This document shows, in pieces, positions 19,078 through 27,068 of a stretch of 64,000 bases of DNA (positions are counted from its first letter, which is position 1; the number at the start of each line of letters is the position of its first letter). Source of the stretch: Ktedonobacterales bacterium (GTDB lineage: Bacteria > Chloroflexota > Ktedonobacteria > Ktedonobacterales > JADMIN01); assembly GCA_036391835.1 (NCBI GenBank), contig DASVZC010000114.1, positions 9,805-73,804 of the forward strand. Direction: 5' to 3'. A program made the position numbers and the translations under genes. The notes beneath the pieces are model-generated. The model worked only from the letters and a program-made list of their open reading frames with translations. It ran no database searches and was not told the DNA's origin.

Positions 19078-19204
19078 CTCGGCCTTGAAAGGCCGGAGCA
19101 CGCGGACGGGCTTAAAAGCCCAAGGCGCCTGCCTGAGGCGGCGCAAAAGAGGGCTTTAGCCCCAGGCGCGCGGTGCGCCGGCCATTGATGGCCGCGACCC
19201 TGCC
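19078..19204. repeat. Structured intergenic repeat, copy A (127 bp)
   Basis: Aligns with 54570-54671. Shares ctcggcNttgaaaNgccggagcacgcggacg and gtgcgccggccattNatggccgcg blocks. Contains palindromes ggccttgaaaggcc, gggcttaaaagccc and ggccattgatggcc. Confidence 0.75.
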
Positions 19205-19210
19205 TCTCGC

Positions 19211-20689
19211 CTAATATCCCATAGTGGGGAGGTCGGTTGAGCAGAGCGGGCCCACCTGGAAGGAATAGGGATTCCCCGTGTTGGTGTCCTTGTAATAGGT
19301 GAACGCCTCTTGCGTCGAGGAGATCGAGCGATAGGTCGTCAGGTAATACGTCCCCTGCGCCACGTTGGCGAAGCTGTACGCGCCCGTCTTGGGGTCGAAG
19401 GTCGCCTTGTAGTCGTGCGAATAGATATTCGCATTGGTGTCGATGTTCTTCGAAAGATAGAGCGTCGGCACAGGATTGCTTGGCGTACCTGTCATGGTCC
19501 CCTTCACGGTCTGCGGCGCGGCGAGGGCAGTCTTCGCCTGCTGCCCCTGGCTCGTATCACCGTAGCGCGACGCAAGCGTCTGGTAGAGTGGTATCGCGGT
19601 GATGCAGTCCTGGCCTAGCACCTCCTGGCCAAGTGACCAGTAGGCGACGGCGCCCGCTGTGTGTGCTTTCCCTACAAATGTGCTCTTGCCGAACTGCGAC
19701 TGCACCAGGTCAAATTCCACGATTGCCTGCTTGAATTGGTTGGCCTTCGCCAGTTGCTCACCATACTGATAGTGCGCCTGGCCCTGCAGGTTGACGATCG
19801 AGGTCTTGCAGGTGGCGTCGCAGGCGGCGTCGTTGCTATAGGCCGCCAGGAATTCGAGCGACTGCTTGAATGGAAGCGTGATAGCGCCCGACGCGATCCA
19901 CTTACTATAGACGGTGTACTGATCGGCGCGGGCTCGCGTCACCAAATCGCCACTGTCGGGATATTTCTGAATGACGGTGGTAAGTTTCTGGGTCGCGCCA
20001 GCATAGTCACCGTGCTGCATCAGCATCTCGCCCCAGCCAGTGTAGGCGCGCGCCAGATTCGTCGATGTAGGGGGGCGCTCGCCCGCCTGGGTATATTCGT
20101 TTACCGCGAGTTCCCAGTTCCCAGCGGATTCCGCCTGGCTCGCCTGCGCGCGCCGCAAGGGATTCGCCTGCACGATGCCGCCGACGCCAGACGCCACGAG
20201 TGTCAGCGCCAGCAGTCCGGCCAGCACGATGCTGCCAAAAGAGCGGCGGCCAAGCGCCACGCGCGCGATCATCAGGCCGATGGTCACCAGCGCCAACGCA
20301 AATGCAGTCAGGCTCACCGCGAGCGCGCCGGTCGCCCAATCGCCGCCGAGCACTGCCGTCTCGACGATGAAGACCGCCGCCAGCGTCAGCAGCAGCGCGA
20401 TAGGCGCGCCCAGCGTCAGCCAGCCGGGGAACGGAAGCGCGAGCATATGCGCCTCGGTCCACTCCGTCGCGTCAGGATCTAGCTCATCGTATTCTGGATC
20501 GTAGTTGAGGGCAGCGTTTACTTCCGCGAGTGACCGCCGCATGTAGGGCGCAGGCGCGACAGGCCCGGGATACGCCATCGTCGGGGCTTCCGAGTAATCC
20601 TCCACCATCGCATCCACCATCTCTGGTTGGGGCGTGTTTGGTGTCGGGCGGGGAGCTGCTGATCGAGTTCGTCGGGTCCGGTCGTTCAT
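19211..20689 (-). CDS. Membrane-anchored protein with TPR-like helical repeats and C-terminal beta-rich domain
   Basis: Three to four TM helices (residues ~95-180), then helical repeats (NWELAVNEYTQAG..., HGDYAGATQKLTTVIQKYP...), then a Y/T/N-rich C-terminal domain. ATG 20689 preferred; GTG 20710 possible. Confidence 0.7.
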   Translation of the reverse strand: MNDRTRRTRSAAPRPTPNTPQPEMVDAMVEDYSEAPTMAYPGPVAPAPYMRRSLAEVNAALNYDPEYDELDPDATEWTEAHMLALPFPGWLTLGAPIALLLTLAAVFIVETAVLGGDWATGALAVSLTAFALALVTIGLMIARVALGRRSFGSIVLAGLLALTLVASGVGGIVQANPLRRAQASQAESAGNWELAVNEYTQAGERPPTSTNLARAYTGWGEMLMQHGDYAGATQKLTTVIQKYPDSGDLVTRARADQYTVYSKWIASGAITLPFKQSLEFLAAYSNDAACDATCKTSIVNLQGQAHYQYGEQLAKANQFKQAIVEFDLVQSQFGKSTFVGKAHTAGAVAYWSLGQEVLGQDCITAIPLYQTLASRYGDTSQGQQAKTALAAPQTVKGTMTGTPSNPVPTLYLSKNIDTNANIYSHDYKATFDPKTGAYSFANVAQGTYYLTTYRSISSTQEAFTYYKDTNTGNPYSFQVGPLCSTDLPTMGY

Positions 20690-20751
20690 TGTTGGATCAC
20701 TCCATAGCACTTGCGCGGAATATCTGCTCTAGAGTAGACACGGAGTTCGCA

Positions 20752-23700
20752 CTAGTCTGCGAACAGTGCGCTGAAACTCTCGCTGACACTCTCTCTCGCT
20801 CGCTCGGCGACCCTGTCGCCGTCGAAGCCATCCGAAAATGGCGTCGATGTAGCGAATGACGCGTCATCATCGCACACATACGTCGCTCCGCCGCGCTTCT
20901 CTAGGTGAATTACGCTATCCAATCCTTGCTCAAAGGTATCGTCGTGGCTGATGACGATGAGCTGATCGAAGCCGCGCACACGGCGAATCTGCTCAGCTAA
21001 AGCGCTCCGACGCTCCGCATCCATGTTCTGGGTAGGCTCGTCGAAGAAGGCCAGGTCGAGCCCTGTCAGGCGCCGCAACAGCGCGAGCCTGGTCGCCAGC
21101 GCCGCCGCCATCTGCTCGCCACCGCTGAGCAATGCAAAGGTGCGAACACTCGAGCCGCGCTTCAGCACGATCTCATACTCATCCTGCCAGGAAAGTTCCG
21201 CCGCGCGATCACCCATGATCTCGCCGAAGATGGTATTCGCCTGCGCCGAGATGTCTTTCAGCATGCGCTGCGTGACCAGCGGACCCGCCTCCTTGATCGT
21301 CTCACGGAACTGGTCGAGCATTCTCTGCGTATCGCGTAAATCCTCGCACTCGATGCGGGCGCTCTCGAGTTCCAGCAACTGCCGCTCGCATTGCGCGATA
21401 TGCGCCTCCAGCCGTCCCAGCAATTCCTCAGTGTGGCGCTGGGTCTCCCAGAGTTCACCACGGCGCGAGCGCAGGCCATTCGCCTGGCCGTGCGCCGCAT
21501 CGAGCGCCTGCGGATCGAACCGCTTCCGCGCTTCGGCCAGCGCCTCAGCGGCCAGCCGCGCATCTTTTGCGGTCTCCGCGTCACTAGCGATGGCGGCGGC
21601 ATGCTCGCGTGTGCGCTCGTCGAGTTGCTCGGCGGCGCGCTGATGCTGAAGATATTTTGTATGACCTGGCTGTGTCCGCTTCATGGTTATGTCGAGTTCG
21701 ACCAGTTCCTGCGCCAGCGTCGCGAAGGGAGCGAGCGCCGCGTCGAGCCGCGCCAATTCCGCATCGCCAGTGGAGATGGCTGCACGCGCCTGCGCGAGTC
21801 GCTGCTCCACCGTGGGACGTTCGGACGCCAGCGCCTGCTTGCCCGCCACCTCGCCACGTGGATCACCCAGGCGGGTCAATGCGGCGATGGCGGCGCGTTC
21901 GGCTTCGGGCGCGCCCGCCAGATCGGCGCAGGTCGCCTCGATGCGCGCAAGCTCGTCGGAGAGGTCTCGCAAGCGCTCGCGATGATCGTCTAGCTCACGC
22001 TGGGCGCCAGCCGCCGTCGCCAACTTCTTGTCCGCGGCCTCGCTCTCACGCAATGCGCGGCGCGCCTCGGCCAGCCCTTCCGTATCACCCGCCAGCGCTA
22101 ATGCTTGCTGAATCTCAGCCAGTTCGGCGCTGAGGCGGCCCTCAGTGGTCTCGCAGGTGTCGAGTTGTTCATTGGCCTGACGCAACTGGTCGTTGAAGTT
22201 CTCGAGTTGGGCATAGACGGCAGCGGCCTTGTTGGCGTCCTCTAGCTGCTTGGCCGCAGCATTCCGCTTGGCCTGCGCGGGGAGCAGCGCCACCTCGTCT
22301 ACAGAGATCAGTCGGTCGAAGTAGGTCGCGAGACTATTCTCGCCGCGCTGGCGGATGTTCTGGCAAGGCTCGCGCAGGAATGGACAGAGGCCCATGCCAG
22401 ACTGCTCGCGCGATTGTCGGTGCTGCTGCAGCCGCGTCTCGATCTCGCGCGCTGCCTGGTCGGCAGCCTCATGCGTTTCGGTCAGTTCCGGGATGCGCTC
22501 GACCAGCGGGCGATAAGACTCAAGTTTTCGCAGATTCTGCTGTTGGCGCGCCTGCAGTGCTGTCGCCTTAGCGCGGGCGCTGGCCACTTCGGCGCGCTCG
22601 GTGGCGATGGCCGCGCGACGCTGTTCGTGTTGCTGCCGCTGCGCGGCGACCGCCTGCAGAGATTCGACCCGCTTTCGCCGCTCGGCAAGCGCTTCCGCCA
22701 CTGGGCGCGCCGCCTCGATCTCCGCCACTTCGCGCTGCCGTTCGGCCACGCGCCGTTCGAGCATGACCCGCTTGGCGCCGCGATCTTCTAGCTGCGCGCG
22801 GAACTCGTTCAGCCGTGCGACATTCTGATGCGCGGTATCGCGGGCGCTCTCCAGGCTGATCTGCTGGGCAAGCGCAGGTTGGAGTTCGGTGACGCGCCGC
22901 TCGGCCTGCGCGATCAGGTCGATGCGCTCCTGTGCGTGGCGTTCATCGGCTTTGGCGCGTTCGTGCCGCTTGGCTACCTCTGCGCGCTGATCGCTCAGCG
23001 TCTCACGCTGACGCACGCGCTGTTGAGCGTCGGCTCGCGACTTTTCAGATTGCAGATATGCATCGTGGTCGGCGCGCGTCTCTGTGAGGATCTGAGCCGC
23101 CGCGCGCGACTCGCCAAGTAACTGCGCCGCCTGCGCCAGTCGCCGCTCAGCCGCTGTGTGCGTCGCCTCAGCCGCAGTGGCCGCGCCCTCACGCTGTGCG
23201 ACTTCCGCCTTCATCTCGTTCAGTTGGTTCACCAGCGCCTCGATGCGTTCGAGGTCGGCGCCAAGCGCTTCGAGTTCACGTGCGGTCGCCACACGCGTCT
23301 GCTGTCGCTCGTCGCGCTCACGCCGCCACACATCGATCTGCGCGACATCGCGCTCCAAGCCGGCGATGCGAACCGCCTGATCAGCCTCCTGCTCTCTGAG
23401 GTATTTAGCGGTCTCAATTAGCTTCTTTGCCGCATCGCCGTAGTCCTCCACCTGCAAGAGTTTGTCGAACTTGGTCTTGCGAACAGCAGGTGTCAGCAAG
23501 AAGTCTGCAGTAAGCATGCCCTGTGGCGTGCCGATGGCGCTGGCAAAGAGATCATCTAACTTGATCGCTCCGTCGATCCGCATATGATGCTTGAGAAAGT
23601 CGGTGACGTCGGCGCTGGAGTCAATGCGCGTGCCTGTTAGTGGATTGAAGATATACCAGTCTGAAGAAGCGCCAAGGCGGCGTGTGACTTCGTATTCACA

Positions 23701-23934
23701 CTCGTCCACAGGGGAGACGAAGGCCACCATGACCTTGCCAGTATTTGCGCCCTCACGCACGAACTGCTTCTGCTTATAGGGTAGATGATCGAAAAGCGCC
23801 CAGCCTATGGCTTCGAGCAAGGTTGACTTGCCCGCGCCGTTATGGCCGCGAATGGCCGTCACGCCGTCGCGCAGTCGAATGGAAGCGTGTTCATAGCTTT
23901 TGATATTGGTGAGTTCTACGCGAGTGATATGCAT
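20752..23934 (-). CDS. Rad50/SbcC-like SMC-family ATPase (1060 aa)
   Basis: Walker A IRGHNGAGKSTLLEAI, Q-loop TPQGMLTADF, about 700 aa of coiled coil with a mid-coil Cys pair GLCPFLREPCQN, signature LSGGEQMAAALA, Walker B LAFFDEPTQNMD, H-loop VISHD. GAAGGA Shine-Dalgarno sequence upstream of ATG 23934. Confidence 0.85.
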   Translation of the reverse strand: MHITRVELTNIKSYEHASIRLRDGVTAIRGHNGAGKSTLLEAIGWALFDHLPYKQKQFVREGANTGKVMVAFVSPVDECEYEVTRRLGASSDWYIFNPLTGTRIDSSADVTDFLKHHMRIDGAIKLDDLFASAIGTPQGMLTADFLLTPAVRKTKFDKLLQVEDYGDAAKKLIETAKYLREQEADQAVRIAGLERDVAQIDVWRRERDERQQTRVATARELEALGADLERIEALVNQLNEMKAEVAQREGAATAAEATHTAAERRLAQAAQLLGESRAAAQILTETRADHDAYLQSEKSRADAQQRVRQRETLSDQRAEVAKRHERAKADERHAQERIDLIAQAERRVTELQPALAQQISLESARDTAHQNVARLNEFRAQLEDRGAKRVMLERRVAERQREVAEIEAARPVAEALAERRKRVESLQAVAAQRQQHEQRRAAIATERAEVASARAKATALQARQQQNLRKLESYRPLVERIPELTETHEAADQAAREIETRLQQHRQSREQSGMGLCPFLREPCQNIRQRGENSLATYFDRLISVDEVALLPAQAKRNAAAKQLEDANKAAAVYAQLENFNDQLRQANEQLDTCETTEGRLSAELAEIQQALALAGDTEGLAEARRALRESEAADKKLATAAGAQRELDDHRERLRDLSDELARIEATCADLAGAPEAERAAIAALTRLGDPRGEVAGKQALASERPTVEQRLAQARAAISTGDAELARLDAALAPFATLAQELVELDITMKRTQPGHTKYLQHQRAAEQLDERTREHAAAIASDAETAKDARLAAEALAEARKRFDPQALDAAHGQANGLRSRRGELWETQRHTEELLGRLEAHIAQCERQLLELESARIECEDLRDTQRMLDQFRETIKEAGPLVTQRMLKDISAQANTIFGEIMGDRAAELSWQDEYEIVLKRGSSVRTFALLSGGEQMAAALATRLALLRRLTGLDLAFFDEPTQNMDAERRSALAEQIRRVRGFDQLIVISHDDTFEQGLDSVIHLEKRGGATYVCDDDASFATSTPFSDGFDGDRVAERARESVSESFSALFAD

Positions 23935-24297
23935 AGTAGGGATATCCTTCAGCGTTGCGTAGGGTCACGACGCGCAGCAACGAAGCGGCAAGGAGCGCTG
24001 AGATGACTATTTGCGCATATCCTTCTCAGCCCGGCAAAAACGGAAAGGCCGCGACAACTTTCTCATTCTGTTGGGCGAGAGAATGGGCTTCGGCGTCACA
24101 TGAGCGCCCGCTGATGGCGCTCCATCCTCCAGCATATGAGATGAGGCGCTAAGTAGGACACCACTCGCCGCAGTATAGCCCTTCTGGATGGGCTCTTTAC
24201 CGTATGTGGGAGACTTGGGGGAGGGTTGAGAGGTAGTCAGCGCCAGGAGACGTCGACCACCAGGTAGGCGCCAAGCCAGGCGTGATGGGAATGCAAG

Positions 24298-24326
24298 TAG
24301 ACAGCTTGGGTAGTCTCTGTTAGAAT
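24298..24326 (+). promoter_or_regulatory. Candidate sigma-70 type promoter with extended -10 (TAGACA-17 nt-TAGAAT, TGT immediately upstream of -10)
   Basis: -35 TAGACA at 24298-24303, 17-nt spacer, TGTTAGAAT at 24318-24326. About 94 nt upstream of ATG 24420. Confidence 0.5.
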
Positions 24327-24419
24327 GCCCCCAATAAGTGTGGTGTGTGTTGGTACTCTCGTCCTATGCGACATGCGATAAGCTGCTAGACACAGGACAC
24401 GCACGAAGGAATGATAGAC

Positions 24420-25421
24420 ATGTGGCGTCGGGATAAGCGCCCCACGGGCACAGAAGCTCCCATGGACGAAGAGGCTCAGCGAGCGGCTCGGCAGGCGATA
24501 TGGCTTTCTCAACTCTATGCGCGAAACTGGATGTTCATCACTCCAGAGGTTCAGGCCGCCTTACAACGCAAAGTCTTGTTCGCGGCTGGCGTAGGAGGAG
24601 CCAGCCACATTGTCACGCTGGCGTGCCGCACGGGCTTGACGAAATTCATCGTGGCCGATGACGACACCGTAGAGACCACGAACCTCAATCGTCAGGCATA
24701 TCAAGTCGAGCACCTGGATCAAAACAAGGCAGCCGCCCTTGCGGATATCTTGCGCTCGATCAGCCCAGATGTGCAGGTCGAGGTCATGAGGGGCAAGATC
24801 AATGAGCAAAACTACATGGATGGTATCGCGCGCTCAGATTTTGTCATCAACTCGATTGATTTCGAGCAGCCAGCATTTTTACTGCTGAATCGAGTGGCGC
24901 AGGCGGCGGGGAAAACCGTGCTGCTGCCGCTCAATCTCGGATGGATCGGCGTGCTCCTGGTCTTTACGCCGGAGTCTCCAACCCTCGACCAGTTTCTGGG
25001 AATACGAACTGGCCAGGTAGGCGGCCTCGATGTCGCCAGCCGCCTGATCGAACGTGTCGTCACAGGCTTGCCACCGTCGGGCCAACAGTATCTAGCCGAA
25101 CCTTTGAAGCAGTTCGCCAAGCGCGACAAGGCGTGGCCCGGCGACCCACAACTCGGCGCGGCAGTCTATGCCACCGCCGCGCTCGCTGCGCGTGTGATTG
25201 TCGCAGCAACTGCGAATGAACCTGTACGGGTCGTGCCAGAGGTCGTCTATGCAGATCTTTTCGGGCAGGTGACGCCTGGCGAGACTACCGCGGGAGCGAG
25301 CCAACCAGCGGCGGCGCCTCCCAAAAGTGATCTATCTATCAGCACAAACGCATCAGACCAAGGCGGCGACGTCGCGAGTACGCCTGATGATCTCGAGGAT
25401 GAGGAACAGAAGGCAAGCTAA
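24420..25421 (+). CDS. E1/ThiF/MoeB-family adenylyltransferase-like protein (no CxxC zinc motifs; acidic low-complexity tail)
   Basis: VLFAAGVGGASHIVTLACRTGLTKFIVADDDTVETTNLNRQ is the ThiF/E1 nucleotide-binding signature. Only one Cys in the whole protein. ATG 24420 lies 10 nt after GAAGGA; ATG 24411 is an alternative. Confidence 0.85.
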   Translation: MWRRDKRPTGTEAPMDEEAQRAARQAIWLSQLYARNWMFITPEVQAALQRKVLFAAGVGGASHIVTLACRTGLTKFIVADDDTVETTNLNRQAYQVEHLDQNKAAALADILRSISPDVQVEVMRGKINEQNYMDGIARSDFVINSIDFEQPAFLLLNRVAQAAGKTVLLPLNLGWIGVLLVFTPESPTLDQFLGIRTGQVGGLDVASRLIERVVTGLPPSGQQYLAEPLKQFAKRDKAWPGDPQLGAAVYATAALAARVIVAATANEPVRVVPEVVYADLFGQVTPGETTAGASQPAAAPPKSDLSISTNASDQGGDVASTPDDLEDEEQKAS

Positions 25422-25539
25422 TCGCGCAAGGTGGCGGCGGGAAACATCCAGCAGAGCACACGCTCATGCATGGCTGGCGAAGGAATATTCTGTTCTCAAC
25501 CAACCAAACGGTTTTCAGCCGCATCGCACTCCAAGGTCG

Positions 25540-27027
25540 ATGCAGGAGAATAGATACGTGGCAGATCAACCCTCCGCACATGTACCAATGTCGCTCGTAG
25601 ACAGTAAAGCTACGAGACGGCAATCGCAGGGCAGCGCCTGGGCTCCTTACTCAGCCACACGAGATGATGGGGATAGTGCGCCTGGTGGCCTGACACGGCA
25701 TCTCGCGGCGCGCATCGCACGTACACTCGCCGTGTTGGCGCAACCTGAGGCTAGCCGCATCCTGGTAGTTGAGCCACATTCCTCCATTTTGCCCGAGGCT
25801 CTGCGCACAAGCGACCCTTCCTGTGATCTCTGGGCGTTGCGTCGGGAGTCGTCACACTCAGTTCCCGCATTCGACCACGAAGTCATGGGCGATTGGCTGA
25901 CTGGCGATGAGTCGCTAACGGAACGACTGGGCGAGTTTGATGTGGTCGTCGTCTCCGGGCTCGTACGTCTCGTCTCTCGCGCAGGCCTCCCACGCATCGT
26001 CGGGTGGCTGGCGCGGCTCGTTCGCGAGCGGGGTTATCTGCTGCTTTGTGAGCCCTCGCCACCACTCTCCGCAGACTTTCTCGAAGACCTCATCCGCGAG
26101 AACGACTGCATCGTCGCGGCCGACCAGGAAACGATCGATGACGGCTGGACATATCGCCTGATCGCGGGCCAACGGCACGCCAGTGACATGATCTCCCATA
26201 TCGCAGGCATTCAGTCCATCAATTGGGACGACCTTCAACGCGAGCCAAAACTTCGCAGCGCGCTAGTAAACGCCTACCGCATCGTCTTCGGCGGCAAGGA
26301 GTGGCGCGAATGGATGCGTTGCACGGCCACCGAATGTGGGCGCCAATACAGCCAGGAAGAATATGTAGCGGAGTGTCTGCCGCTTGGCGATCGCTGCCTC
26401 TGCGGGCGTAGCGGTACGCTGGTTCCCGTGCACGCGCCCGAGAAAGTGATCGAGATGCTGCGCACGGAACTGCTCGAACCTGCCGAGAGTTGCTGCTATG
26501 TCCGACTCAACGACAGCAGGCATGTAGAAGCTTTCTGTTGGGGTTATGTTGACAGTACCCGTTCGCTTGCGCGCTTGCTTGGGGCAAGCGATAATAGTGC
26601 ACGCCACGCGATTGAGCAAAGTCTGGAAGCCTACGTCGACGACTGCGAATTTGACACTCCAGATGCGCGTATCTATCGTTTGGCGGAAGGTGGGATCACG
26701 CAGGAGGCGCGCAACGGTCATCTGACCTATGCGCTGCTGCAACGGTTACTGCAATGGTCATATGATCACAATGTGCAGGTCGTCATCGGCCGTACATCGC
26801 CACGCACACCCATGTATGCGATCTTCCGCGGTCTCGGTATGGAAGTTATCTATCGGTATGACCAGGGCGCGGAGAACGGGGGGGATACCAGCCATCGGCA
26901 GAAAGATGACCGGGTGATCTTAGCGGGCTCTGTACTTCCAATGCTCCAAGCGGTAGCGACTGAATCGACTCGGCGATTATCCTGGCGCATAGCTCAACAA
27001 ATGCGCGTGGAACGTGGGGCCGGGTGA
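25540..27027 (+). CDS. Multidomain hypothetical: degenerate class-I methyltransferase-like N-domain + Cys-cluster + GNAT-like C-domain
   Basis: The N-domain resembles the SAM-MTase fold (FDVVVVSGLVRLVSRAGLPRIVGWLARLVRERGYLLLCEP), but motif I reads ILVVEPHSS with no Gly-rich loop. Centre: RCTATECGRQYSQEEYVAECLPLGDRCLCGRSG. The C-domain call (ALVNAYRIVFGGKEWREW ... GITQEARNGHLTYALLQRLLQW) is weaker. Start uncertain: ATG 25540, or GTG 25558 after AGGAG. Confidence 0.65.
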   Translation: MQENRYVADQPSAHVPMSLVDSKATRRQSQGSAWAPYSATRDDGDSAPGGLTRHLAARIARTLAVLAQPEASRILVVEPHSSILPEALRTSDPSCDLWALRRESSHSVPAFDHEVMGDWLTGDESLTERLGEFDVVVVSGLVRLVSRAGLPRIVGWLARLVRERGYLLLCEPSPPLSADFLEDLIRENDCIVAADQETIDDGWTYRLIAGQRHASDMISHIAGIQSINWDDLQREPKLRSALVNAYRIVFGGKEWREWMRCTATECGRQYSQEEYVAECLPLGDRCLCGRSGTLVPVHAPEKVIEMLRTELLEPAESCCYVRLNDSRHVEAFCWGYVDSTRSLARLLGASDNSARHAIEQSLEAYVDDCEFDTPDARIYRLAEGGITQEARNGHLTYALLQRLLQWSYDHNVQVVIGRTSPRTPMYAIFRGLGMEVIYRYDQGAENGGDTSHRQKDDRVILAGSVLPMLQAVATESTRRLSWRIAQQMRVERGAG

Positions 27028-27068
27028 AATGTCCGGCCGAGAGGCTGGGGATATGTGGAGAGTGAGAA

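Noticed and set aside
23997-24043. CTGAGA-containing hairpin (gctgaga...tctcagc) near a ThiF-like gene, considered as a TPP riboswitch
   Set aside because: It lacks the ACCTGATCTGGATAATGCCAGCG-type pyrimidine-sensor helix. It also lies upstream of the predicted promoter of the E1-like gene, on the wrong side.
23955-24152. 65-aa TTG-initiated ORF between the Rad50-like and E1-like genes; also 24237-24512 (minus strand)
   Set aside because: They have no Shine-Dalgarno sequence, a non-ATG start and implausible composition. They lie in a divergent promoter region.
24366-24389. Heptapeptide mini-ORF MRHAISC as a microcin C (MccA-like) precursor for the E1-like enzyme
   Set aside because: MccA-type precursors end in Asn, and MccB has an N-terminal peptide-clamp domain. 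Here the peptide ends in Cys, has no Shine-Dalgarno sequence, and the E1-like protein has only about 45 residues before the Rossmann fold. It is kept only as a low-interest note.
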